DNA of 64,000 nucleotides. Origin: Phallusia mammillata. Taxonomy: Eukaryota. The notes beneath the pieces are model-generated. The model saw only the letters and a list, made by a program, of their open reading frames with translations. It was not told where the DNA came from and did not search any database. The position numbers and the translations under genes were made by a program. The stretch spans positions 14,074,001 through 14,138,000 of the forward strand of contig OZ281499.1 in the NCBI GenBank assembly GCA_965637545.1. The letters run 5' to 3'. This document shows positions 1 to 9,821 of this stretch, piece by piece (position 1 is the first letter of the stretch; each line of letters opens with the position of its first letter).

Positions 1-120
1 TTTTGTGTACTTTTACACCACTCCGACTACAAAGCGTACTAAAAGTATCCTGGTTATTAGGCGCGCAAATCAACAAACTAGTATTATTTTGCCAACTGTT
101 CACAAAAAGTCCCTGTAAGC

Positions 121-375
121 GTGTTCAACGTTCGTCGCAACGTTCACTCTCTCGTTCAATTTCACAAAGTTATAAATAGCATTGGACCATCATATTTACA
201 AAGCTGCATTCCTGAATACATTAAAAACTTAGTTAAATATGACTTGCGTAACCCCCTCAAAATCCAACCCATTGCGTGTACCCAAAACTATCCGCTTATG
301 GAATGATCTTCCAGAAGAAATCCGATCGATAAAATCTGTTTCAGTTTTTTAAAATAAAGTTAAAAAACTTCTTTA
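121..375 (+). pseudogene. 3' fragment of a non-LTR retrotransposon ORF2 (CR1/L2/Jockey-group C-terminus), degenerate
   Basis: Reads FHKVINSIGPSYL...; after a frameshift it gives WNDLPEEIRSIKSVSVF*NKVKKLL, matching the WNxLPxxIRxxxSxxxFKxxLK motif that ends LINE ORF2. Confidence 0.55.
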
Positions 376-384
376 CGCATCCAG

Positions 385-1597
385 TCAATCTCTGCCTGCA
401 ATACTGCCATTGAGGAACCTCCACAAACACAATAAATGTAATGATCTGCATGGCAATATTGCCTGATACTGAAGTGATTCCAGGTCAATAACATGATTGT
501 TTGAACAGCATGTACTTGTGTTTATTAGAAACAAAAAGTGACAGTGTAGCATTACATGAATAAAATTGAAATGAAAGAATCGAGAAAACAAATAAAACAC
601 AAAAACGTTGAACAAATTTACAATTGAGTTGTTCTAAATAACCATGTGAGGTGGGTAATAGACAGAAACACTAATGCACATAATACAAACACCATGTACA
701 GTTTTAACACTGAATAAAAATGTAATTGTTAAGTGCCTAAGGCTGATTGTACCTTTTTCAGCTTTACAGCAGTCAAATTTGACCTGTAATTTTGGTCACA
801 ATGCTCCAATTTGGACTTATTTTGTGTGTCCAGCAAGCCTCCTTTCTGCATCATGGTTTTGGTCTGTCGCTTTGTAATGAGGACACTGGTTCTTATTTTG
901 TTTTAAATCTGTAATTGAAAAATGAATATGTAATATTGGGATGGTTAATTGAAGATGCAAACCATAAAACCTTACAAAATGAGTTGTACAAAACATGTGT
1001 TTAGGTACAATAAAGTTGTCATTGTTTTAAACATAAATGAAAATCACCCTAATGTCACCAGTTAGAAATTATAAATTATTTTATAAAGTGTAAACCTACG
1101 TTAATCACAGATCTTACCGTATTTTTATGAAGCTCCAACGTTTTCTTTTCATAAAAATCATATCAAAAAATGTTTTGCACCTTTTCTAAGATATGAAACT
1201 TCCATTTCAACTGTTGTCCACGTTTCAATAAATTCTTGCAATGTTTCTTGATGTTGTTATGCTACTTTATCAAATAAACAAATTCCAAACTGTCCGTAAA
1301 TTAGGAAATCCAAACATTTTGAGGTTATATTGCAAATTTACATTAAAAACAGCATAAATGACAGGCGAAAATTGTTTGTCGCAAGGTGTCGCATAGCGCG
1401 GCGTGACGATTTTGCTGAGTCAGACGTCTTTTTTCTTACGATTTTGACGCATTCTCTCGTATTTGCGTCAGGCTTTAGCGAGGACACTTCGTAATATCAA
1501 ATACTTTACCGAGTTCCTCGCTCGTTAACTCCTCGCTAAAGATTTTTTTACCGAGCTCGGTAAGTAAGCGAGCGAGGAAGTGTTCATAATGCCGCCC
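385..1597 (-). mobile_element. Harbinger-family non-autonomous element, copy A1 (one terminus plus ~1.2 kb)
   Basis: Terminus GGGCGGCATTATGAACAC reads leftward from 1597 next to a CAG/CTG trinucleotide. Colinear and homologous with 48487-49972 in inverse orientation. The same terminus at 1719 leads into a Myb/SANT gene. Confidence 0.6.
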
Positions 1598-2008
1598 CAG
1601 TACTGTGGAAACAGATATGTAACAGATTATTTTTGTAGCAGCTTACTTGATTTTCCCTTCTGGGAGAAAATCTTTGTGTAAAACTGTAATCAGTCCAGAT
1701 AAAGATTTATCAGTTCTGGGGCGGCATTATGAACACTTCCTCGCTAAAATAATTTTTAGCGAGGACTTAAAGAGCGAGAAACTCGCTAACGTAGTTGGTA
1801 TTACGAAGTGTCCTCGCAAACGCCTCGCTAAAGCCTGACGCAAAAACGAGAGAATGCGTCAAAATCGTGAGAAAAAAGACGTCTGACTCAGTAACATTAG
1901 CACTGATCTAGAAAAAAGCCTGGATAGCGCAACCAGGCGTTACGATTAGGGGATTTTTGAAGCCTGTGCGTAGGCTTTGCCGCCATATTGGAAGGATCGC
2001 CTGGTACA

Positions 2009-2760
2009 ATGGGCAAAGCAGGTACACGATGTTGTGCATTCGGTTGCAACAAAAGAATAGCTAAAAAGGAAGAAGTAAAGTGACGGCGAAGGCAGTGATG
2101 ATGAATAGAGATGTACAAAGCGCAGATATCTCGTACATTTCACAAGTAGGATATATTTTTGACATTTTTTTGAAAATTGGGGTGGCAACTGAGGCCATAG
2201 GCGAAGCTGATTTTAGTTGTATGATGTTAGTGTTTGTTATATAACTACAAGTTTTTTTACCATTATATTTGTACAAGACAAGCAGACCTTCTTCACAGTC
2301 ATACATTGTGGTGTAGTATTACCTATTTATCCAAATGATGTATACATTTTGTCAAATCCTGTGGTGTAGTGGTTTATCACATTTGCTTCACGGCAAAGGA
2401 CCCTGGTCCGATTCCAGGCAGGATTATTGAGTATACAATCACTTGGTTATGTGCTCTATTTAATGTTGTCCAATTGGTAATTTATTCTTAATTCTAAACT
2501 CGCAAGAACTCCAGTTTTTTATAACTATTTTACACACATTTTCATTTGAGGTAGAATACATTTGTCTAGATTTCCATCTTAATCTGACTGTCGAAAAGTC
2601 TGCACATTGGTAGGCAAACCTGAATTCCAAGCAAACACTTACTTGTTTGCTCAAACCGTTTTTTTACAGAAATATATAAACCATGCTGGCCAAATTATCA
2701 CTCTAAGAGAGGATGCAGTTTCCACAAGATTCAAGAATTTACCCATACATCTACAGCAAG
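2009..2760 (+). pseudogene. THAP zinc-finger exons of the P-element transposase (degenerate)
   Basis: MGKAGTRCCAFGCNKR...RTFHK|gt, then RFPS...LVGKPEFQANTYL...TLREDAVSTRFKNLPIHLQ, matching THAP CxxxGCxN / FHxFP / LKxDAVPTIF. Contains stops and frameshifts. Confidence 0.7.
2355..2426 (+). tRNA. tRNA-Val(CAC)-derived pseudogene
   Basis: Acceptor stem AATCCTG/CAGGATT plus discriminator A. D arm GTG..AGTGGTTT..CAC. Anticodon stem TTTGC/GCAAA with a 6-nt loop TTCACG (one nt short). T stem CCTGG/CCAGG with loop TCCGATT (TTC mutated). No oligo-T terminator downstream. Confidence 0.7.
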
Positions 2761-2900
2761 TGATAATTAAATTGTATTTATTGAAATGATGAATTGAAAC
2801 ATTAAATGTAATACATAAATGAATGAAAATATATTTAAGCAACAACTGAGATTCACAAGTTCGGGAAATGTTTATTTCCAGGCCAAAATCAGTGTTGAAA

Positions 2901-2938
2901 AAACAAATTAATTTCGCTAAAAAACATCTTCAGTGTCT
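2901..2938 (-). ncRNA. Minimal type I hammerhead ribozyme motif (PLE-associated), slightly degenerate
   Basis: Minus strand: AGACA-CUGAAGA-U-GUU(UUUU)AGC-GAAA-UUAAU-U-UGUUU. Stem I is 5 bp, stem II is 3 bp with a G-U pair, stem III is palindromic (AAAUUAAUUU), cleavage triplet AUU. Confidence 0.55.
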
Positions 2939-3129
2939 AGAAAGCAATAAAAGCGATTAAAAATAGAAAAGGCATTGAAAATAGAAAAATCTAAAGTTTC
3001 CTTTGCACACACAATCAATCCTCAACTGAAAGCCCAACAGACTAAACTGACTGGACACGCAACGAAAGATAAGAAAACGCACGAAAGATAAAGACGTAAA
3101 AGCGTAAAAGGCGAAGGAAAAAACACGCG

Positions 3130-5557
3130 TCACTTACACCTCGGTAAAACCATTTTTTTAATGTTTATTTTTGCATTGATTTTGTTTAGCCATTTGTCTT
3201 CGGCTAAATCCAGGTCAGCAGTACGTGGCTGTTCAACAAACACGGCACAATAGCAACTTTCAATTGATGGCTTTTTCGCAAACTCGTTTGGGTGTCGTTC
3301 TTTATAATGGTTTAAAAGCGCCGTCCCATCATCGCGCTGCGAAGTGTCAAACTTCGCCCAAATGGCGCGGTGACCCCACCACCGAGTTGCAAACCGATTT
3401 TTTGTCTGGCCTACATATTGTTCTTGGCATAAGTTGCAAGTGGCGACGTAAATGCCATAACTCCTACATGTCAGATGTTGCAAGATCTTAAATCTGCGCA
3501 TCGGGGTTTGCAGAAATGCGGTATTTTTAACCATGCCGGTTTTGTGGTTTCCATGGTTGCCACATAGAGCACAATGCCCGCAGGGATAGCATCCTAATGG
3601 AGCGCAATGGTTTAGTTGCCCTAAAGCAAGTTTCCTAGGGCGTAAAAACAGTTGTTGTAGGGAGGGTGGTCGTTTATATGTCACCATACAGTTGGGTTTA
3701 AGTGCCCTTTCTTTATCTGTAAGGTGCAGTAGCGCTGGAAATTCGGAGCCCAAACGAGTTTCTTTGGTCTTTCCTTTACACACGCAGGCCCCACGAGAGG
3801 GGGGTGCAGCCGGTGCGCCGCACCGGGGCCCATGAGAGTCTAGGGGGCCCATAATTATTAAGTTGAAGATTACAGGGTGATGAAATGTGCGCGAATTTTA
3901 GCGAGATCTCTTATTGATGTTTCTACTTTATTGTGCCACAGTTGTGTCCGTTGTTTGGTAAGAATTATGCACATTTGCGCTGACTACATAGTGCTGGTGA
4001 GTTTTCTGGACGTAGCATTTGTTACACGTATTTGATTTGGTCACAGCTTTGGTAGTAAGCGAGGTACTTTATTGGATCATATTTGTTAACGTACATAAAC
4101 GATAAAGCGACAGTTATGTGTGTGTGTGTGTGAAGACGTTTACTTTGCTCTCTGCCTTCGACCCTTCGTATTAACATTTTTAATTGGTCTGTACGTACCT
4201 GTGAAAATTACCGTCAAAGCAGTTATTATTTTAAACAAATTAGCAGTAATGGGGTCTCATGTCCGACTTAAGTCACATTTTTCGAAAGCTTGACTTGACT
4301 TGAGTCTTCTCAGCTGTGAAAAGTCTTGGCTTGACTCGGTATACCAACAAAAACAGGAAATCTTTTACCTGATAACCTGTTCAGTTGGCTTTAACCAAAC
4401 AATAGCAGAACTTTACTGTGCGATTTGTAGGTATTTTTGTTGGTATACCGAGTATATATATTTTATATTTTTGTGGTCATTTCATCCGGCCCTCGACCAT
4501 ATTTTTTGGTTTGCGAAATCGTATTGGTAACTTTGTAACATTCAAAAATTAAACTACTCCCTACGAAAGTTTTCCTGTCGCGATATGTGGAATTGATATT
4601 ACCTTGTTTCATAAGATTACAACGCCTATGATTGATTCAAAGCCAGTTTGTTACATCACAGACAAGACTACAAGTGCTCATTGTGCGCAAACAATTGCCT
4701 TCCTAGGTTACTTGTGACGTAATATACAAGCATTGCTCGTAAGATGAGACTAACTATATCAGGGGACGGCAACCACTGGCACGCGTGTCAAGGTTGGCAC
4801 GCTAGGAGGTATTTTATGGCACGCCAACCGATTTGTGTGTTTACATTGAAGTAACAATTTAACCTGTTACACTGCTTGTTTATAGTTTTTATCATGCCAT
4901 GGTCTTAAAATTCAGCCTTTGGCACGCGTCGCCTAAAAGATGGTTGCCGACCCTTGAACTGTACAGTTTAACAGTCGCATTACCAGATTTTGGGATTGTA
5001 GAAATACCATGTCTTGGCGCTGAAAAAAGTTTGTGGTGACCCCTGGTTTAAGCGAACACAGTACATGTCAAGACCAATATTTGCTTTTGAGCGTTTACTT
5101 TGTTGTACGAACGCTATAGTGCATGCAGTAAAAATAATTTTAGGTTTTTAAAACTGTAAAGGTTTGACGTTATTGTCCAAGCTGTTTAATGAGTGCGGCT
5201 AGCTTGCTTTTGTTTGTTCTTTTGGCGAATAAACGTATTAAACGCTTGATCATCAGCACACAAATAGTGTTCAAAGGGGGGCCCAGAAATTGACTTGCAC
5301 CAGCATATTTTTTTTCTCTCCAGGGCCCTGTACACACGTACTGTTCTTGGAGTGCCTTCTGTATTCATAACGCTGATCTTTCCAAGCTTTTGCCTCTTCA
5401 ACTACAGCAGCAGTCATTCTTTTGGAAAAACCCGAGCAGCTCGCCTTTAACTGCAACCTTTTCAGGCTGTTTGTGTAATCTGCATACAACTGGTTAAGAT
5501 ATCTTAGCCGAATCGCGTCACCCCGTACAATGGACCGAAAAGTTGGGGGCTTCAACA
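3130..5557 (-). pseudogene. PLE ORF C-terminal half (RT thumb + Cys-rich linker + GIY-YIG endonuclease), interrupted
   Basis: PPTFRSIVRGDAIRLRYLN...KAW in 5331-5557. After removing 3785-5330 and one TSD copy it continues KERPKKLVWA [frameshift] EFPALL...YKRPP...CGHCALC...YGIYVATCNLCQEQYVGQTKNRFATRW. Homologous to the 9822-11177 ORF. Confidence 0.85.
3785..5330 (+). mobile_element. Non-autonomous hAT element (~1.55 kb), copy 1
   Basis: 8-bp TSD TACACACG at 3777-3784 and 5331-5338. Termini CAGGCCCC.../...CAGGGCCCTG. Second copy at 42675-47217 in inverse orientation. Contains an older MITE at ~4760-4956 that is present in both copies. Confidence 0.9.
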
Positions 5558-5559
5558 AA

Positions 5560-6190
5560 CAACTCAGCTACTTAAAGAGGCATGCAATCGCCTTCTATGG
5601 AGAAGCAGTATCACAAAAAATGGCAATTGCCAAAACCAAGATCCTACCAATATTTTAAAAGTGATAAATAATATTCGCAGGCCTAAAAATAAGAGAATTT
5701 CATATTTTGCAGTTATTAGAAAGTATAATTACGAAAACCAGAATCCAAAATGATCATGATTATGCAGATGTTCCAGCAACACAAACATTATCTGTCTATA
5801 AAACAGGAAAGATAAACAAAAAACAAACCTGTTTGATTTGCATTGAAGCACTCGGTTCACCAGCGTAACTACACTTTGCCACGAAACAGAAAAAAGATTT
5901 AAATGCATGTCACTACAGATAGCAAATTACCAAAAGGCAAAGGAATATTAGAAGCAATAGCATTGCCAGTGTTGATGGATGTTCCTCATTCCAAAGTGTT
6001 CCAGGGACTGATCATTCATTTGATTGCCCTGTTATGGACAATTATAAATTTGAGCTAATTAAAATGATATCCAAATGCTACACAAAAGTTAGACTTCACC
6101 ATCTTGCTCAAGGAACCGCAAATGTCAGAAAAATCAATGGAGACAATATCAGAAAAAGTAGAACAAAGTAGTTTTTTTTATTCCTCAGTT
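5560..6190 (+). pseudogene. THAP9/P-element transposase C-terminal region, degenerate
   Basis: TTQLLKEACNRLLWRSSITKNGNCQNQDPTNIL, DHDY, KQTCLICIEAL, ELIKMISKCYTKVRLHHLAQ...GDNIRKSRTK. These match THAP9-family NPTxxQFxxAYKRLL/GNC/HDY/LIKxIxxxYxxIRxxH motifs. Confidence 0.75.
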
Positions 6191-6769
6191 ACGATTTGAA
6201 ACATGCAATAAAAGTTATTTTTTGGGTTTAATGCATGTTCCATCTTTGTCAAATTGTCTCTTTTTAGATAAAATAAGCATCAACAATTGCATAAATACAT
6301 GTATCTTCGCTGCTAAATACCTACGTAGGTAAATTAGCAAAAATGTAAATCCGACGACATCAGCAATTTCTCTCCACAGAAGCGCGTAATATGCGTATAT
6401 ATTAAGAGCAATATATTTAATACAACCTGAAATCAACATAAAAATATGAAACACAACATAATAACTTCGCACTAACACTGCATTTAGTCCAAATAACGTT
6501 CTGATGGCTGCCACCGCCTAACGCCAATATGGCCGCCGTACCCTCCATGTAGGCTTCACTTTTCCGCTTGAATGCGCTATCCAGGCTTTTTTCTAGATCA
6601 GTGAACACGAAGTCGCGCTATGCGACATCTTGTGAAAGACTTTTTGTGTTGGTTGTTGAGCTTCACGTGGCATTATTTTTCAAGTTTTACGCCAAATAAT
6701 TTTATTTCTTGTGTTTAGTCATTGTGTAAACTTTCAGTAGAAATTTCTTTATGGATACAAAAAGCAGTA

Positions 6770-7140
6770 AAATTGTAAAAAGGCGATCTCCAAGATAGAC
6801 AGCCGTTGAAGTAGAAGCATTAGTTAATGCAGTGGAAAAACATTCGAAATGCATTCTGGGTTCATTTTCACCAGAAATTACAGTTGTTTCAAAACAACAA
6901 GCTTGGCATGATAAGATTTCTGCACAATATTTTTTTACTGCTGTACATAGATTATGATATTTTACAGGTCAATTCATTTAATATCAGTGGTGTTAATCGC
7001 ACAATTGAGCAAGTGGAACATAAGTGGTGGGATTTAAAAAGTGTTGCAAAAAAAATCAGTGTCGGAATGGAAAAAAGAATCAACTAAAACAGGCGGTGGT
7101 GTCAACAAAGCTATACCACCTTCAGATGTTCATTACCAAA
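6770..7140 (+). pseudogene. Harbinger Myb/SANT-like DNA-binding protein (NAIF1/MSANTD-like), degenerate
   Basis: KRRSPR*TAVEVEALVNAVEKHSKCILGSF...KQQAW; after an intron, RTIEQVEHKWWDLKSVAKK...TKTGGG. Confidence 0.7.
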
Positions 7141-7174
7141 TCATTAACATAATTGGACAACAGGCAGTCTATGG

Positions 7175-9038
7175 CAGGATTCCGCAAATACTTTTTGGCG
7201 CGACCCTAAAAAAATGCTCTAAATTCTCGCGACCCAAGCATTTTGTTAGCATGTAAGTTTGTCGAAAATACTAAGCAACTAGATATCAATACTAAGACTG
7301 CTATAATGCTATTGTAAGTTGCTATTTTCTCGCACAAAATAAAGCGAAACTCAGCACATACAACAGGAGGTAAACGAAGGTATTTATTCCAACTAATGAG
7401 AACTGTGGGCTCTGTGTTGAGAACACAACAAATCAATTCGAGGTTTAATTCAAGAGACGGCAAGCCGAAGATCGTTCTCTGCTTCTAGTCTTGATCTGTA
7501 TTTGCTTTTAATAAAGTTAATGCAGAAAACGTCCTTTCACATAAGTATGTAGTTCCAAATGGCAAAAGAACATTCATTGCAGCCGCTGATAACTGCGGAT
7601 ATTCTTTTGCGACTGAAATCCAAAATTCAGCCAAAGTCCTTTTAGTATCAAAGGCAATATTTAAACTGCGATCACTTGACAGGTCATCCAATGCTTCAAT
7701 CATATCTGATGCTAGATGGTGAGTATTTGATACTGTGAATGGTGATACTATCCAGTCAGATTGTTGTGGTGTGGTGTCTTCGGGAAAATATTTCTCAAAC
7801 CATTGACAAAGATTATTAAGATGACTAATTAAAAAAAAATTGCTTCACAATGTTTTCGCAAAAGTTATTTTCTTCTATAAAGTCGTTCAGCTCCGAAAAC
7901 ATATCAAGTCTTCCAGTTTCAACCCTTTCACTCCCATGAAAATTCATAACTTTGTAGTCTTGTATCCACTGCTAAGAATATGTCTTTTCCTGTGCATGTT
8001 CCAGACATTGCCACGCACGTCAGTAATTCTTCTTCAAGCTTCTTTTGTCGATTCATAATTTGACAGATTGCAATAACAGCAGGTTTGATGAGTGTTTCTC
8101 CGATGGTGTGAGGTTTTTTATCTTTTGCGATTAAATATGCTAATTCATACGATGCCTTTTGAGATTTTTCCAAGATTGTGAGGTGATTTATTATGGTTTT
8201 CCTTTGACTTAACAATTCCTTTTCTAATGGGCGAAAAAAAGCTGTTGGTTTGTCAATTAAATTCGGATGCTTCGTTGTAATATGGCGTTCCAATTTCCCT
8301 GCTTTCAGACTTTCGTTGGCAAGAACCCCGGAGCAAACAACGCATTGAGGACGTGGCTCATCATTTATAAGAATACACGTGAAACCAACGTTTATAAATT
8401 TTTCGCTGTACTTTCGCTTGTGCTGGTTTGAGAGTCCTGTTTGAGATGACATTTTTTGTCGGGCGCTCATCCCCACTGCTGGAAGATGCAAAGATTTTTG
8501 CGGGTACATCCTGTGCGAAGTTGTAAGCCGAAATCCATGTTTTTTTATATTTATGCAGACATTGAATAAATCAGTCAAACCACAGTTTGGCAAGACACGT
8601 GTTTGGTAAAATCACGCCAAGCGTTAGCAAAAAGTGGTATCGAATAACAAATTATTTGGCCCCTCCCAAAATTTTTGACTGCCTACGCCACTGCGTTAAA
8701 CAAAGCTTTATTACACAAACAAACTGCAATTGTCGCGTCACAACAGTACTTGTTGTAAAATCTTGAAGCTGTAACTGTCTTTGTTAGCTTTATTTGGTCT
8801 TTGCGTGGCTACAAAATGAATAGTTTATTTTTCCCAGAAAGTAGTAGTGATCTCATAAATCATATCAAATCAGCAAGCTCAGACTTCACATTAACAGAAG
8901 TATTGCTTGTGCGGTTATTCTTTTCTGTCAATTTTAGTTCTTTTCCATTGTGGTATTTTTCGCAATATTAAACGGTGGTCCGCCAAAAAAAAATTTTTTT
9001 TAAATTGGCCGCGAGCTGGAAAAGGTTGGGAAGCACTG
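7175..9038 (-). mobile_element. hAT Buster/Charlie (ZBED5/SCAND3-like) element, internally deleted
   Basis: Right terminus revcomp CAGTGCTTCCCAACC. Fragments KRKYSEKFINVGF...PQCVVC...LERHITTKH...KPHTIGETLIKP (7928-8593) and EFW...YPQL...LLPFGTTYLCERTFSAL (7485-7703). The catalytic middle is missing. Left end degenerate, no TSD found. Confidence 0.8.
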
Positions 9039-9052
9039 CGATAAATAATATA

Positions 9053-9455
9053 TTAAAAAATAATTTTCCGGTGCCGGGGCTCTTTAACAACCCCAACCGA
9101 TACACCGAAATCGGTCAACATACGACGGATTATATCTGTTAACCCTGGTATGTAAGGTAAGGTGACGAAGGCACGTTCTTTGTACTGGATCTGTTTCCGT
9201 GAAACCTTTTTATGATCACGGAGAATCCACTTCGGGTAGCCATTTAACCGCAGGGCCTCATTTACCCTGTGTAATTCCGATTGGAGCAATGCAGGGTCTG
9301 TCGTCAAGCGTACGGCCTGGTCTTTGCTTTGACAACAGCCCTTTTCTGGTATAATGGATGATGAGATTTAAAGTGTAAATAGCGCGTTGTACTGATCTAG
9401 AAATGGTAGACTGTTGTTGCTTTCCATTTCCATAGTGTAGTATTGGACTGTTTCA
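9053..9455 (-). pseudogene. Penelope/Poseidon-type RT C-terminal fragment
   Basis: YTMEME..NNSLPFLD, RYLHFKSHHP, ELHRVNEALRLNGYP, FVTLPYIPGLTDIIRRML. Frameshifted; no GIY-YIG present. Confidence 0.75.
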
Positions 9456-9493
9456 TAAAAACAGATAAAAGCATAAATCGTTTCTTTTAATAA

Positions 9494-9539
9494 CAGAAAT
9501 ATATATTTCGCCTTAATAAATAGGCATCGTCAGTTTCTG
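9494..9539 (-). ncRNA. Minimal type I hammerhead ribozyme (PLE-associated)
   Basis: Minus strand: CAGAAA-CUGACGA-U-GCCU(AUUUAUUA)AGGC-GAAA-UAUAU-A-UUUCUG. Stem I is 6 bp, stem II is 4 bp, stem III is palindromic AUAUAU, cleavage triplet AUA. Catalytic core intact. Confidence 0.85.
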
Positions 9540-9821
9540 CAAAAAAGCAAACATGTAAGGGGCTGTCGGTAAAAGTAGTAAAAAATAAATAAAATAGTTA
9601 AAACACTTATAAATTTTTTTAAAATTTTAAACTGTACAAATTAAACAACTGCGAAGCACAGAGGCAAACCACGACTAGCGAGTGGCCACAAGCGACACGA
9701 GAAAAGGCAAGAAAAAAGAGACGTGATAAACTGATAAGCCATTACAGAACACGGTGGGAAGTAAATAAACCTCTAGGCGTGAAGAAACAAAACATTAAGG
9801 GGTAGAAACACAAAGATGGGA

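Larger units (their letters stand above)
2851..5557 (-). mobile_element. Penelope-like retroelement (Neptune-type), 5'-truncated, split by a hAT insertion
   Basis: RT-thumb fragment (5331-5557) plus GIY-YIG part (3130-3776), and a 3' UTR containing a hammerhead motif. Flanked by near-identical 10-mers AACAACTGAG (2841-2850) / AACAACTCAG (5558-5567), a possible TSD. Confidence 0.8.
1901..6603 (+). mobile_element. P-element (THAP9-like) DNA transposon, internally deleted, carrying nested insertions
   Basis: Perfect 31-bp TIR CACTGATCTAGAAAAAAGCCTGGATAGCGCA at 1901-1931 and 6573-6603. THAP domain near the left end, THAP9-like C-terminus near the right end. The 8-bp flanks AACATTAG/AACACGAA match only 5/8. 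Confidence 0.8.
1719..7170 (+). mobile_element. Harbinger-family element, copy A2, interrupted by a P element at 1901-6603
   Basis: Starts CTG|GGGCGGCATTATGAAC. The sequence GACTCAG...AAGTCGCGCTATGCGACA, contiguous in copies A1/A3, is split here by the 1901-6603 insertion. A Myb/SANT relic follows at ~6770-7140. Confidence 0.6.

Noticed and set aside
3785-3852. N-terminus MGPLDSHGPRCGAPAAPP of the 240-aa ORF
   Set aside because: Lies inside the hAT insertion terminus and is not part of the PLE protein.
7167-9046. TSDs for the elements at 7175-9038, 40486-41251, 50743-55357 and 55385-55920
   Set aside because: The flanking 8-mers do not match, so these boundaries are reported as approximate.
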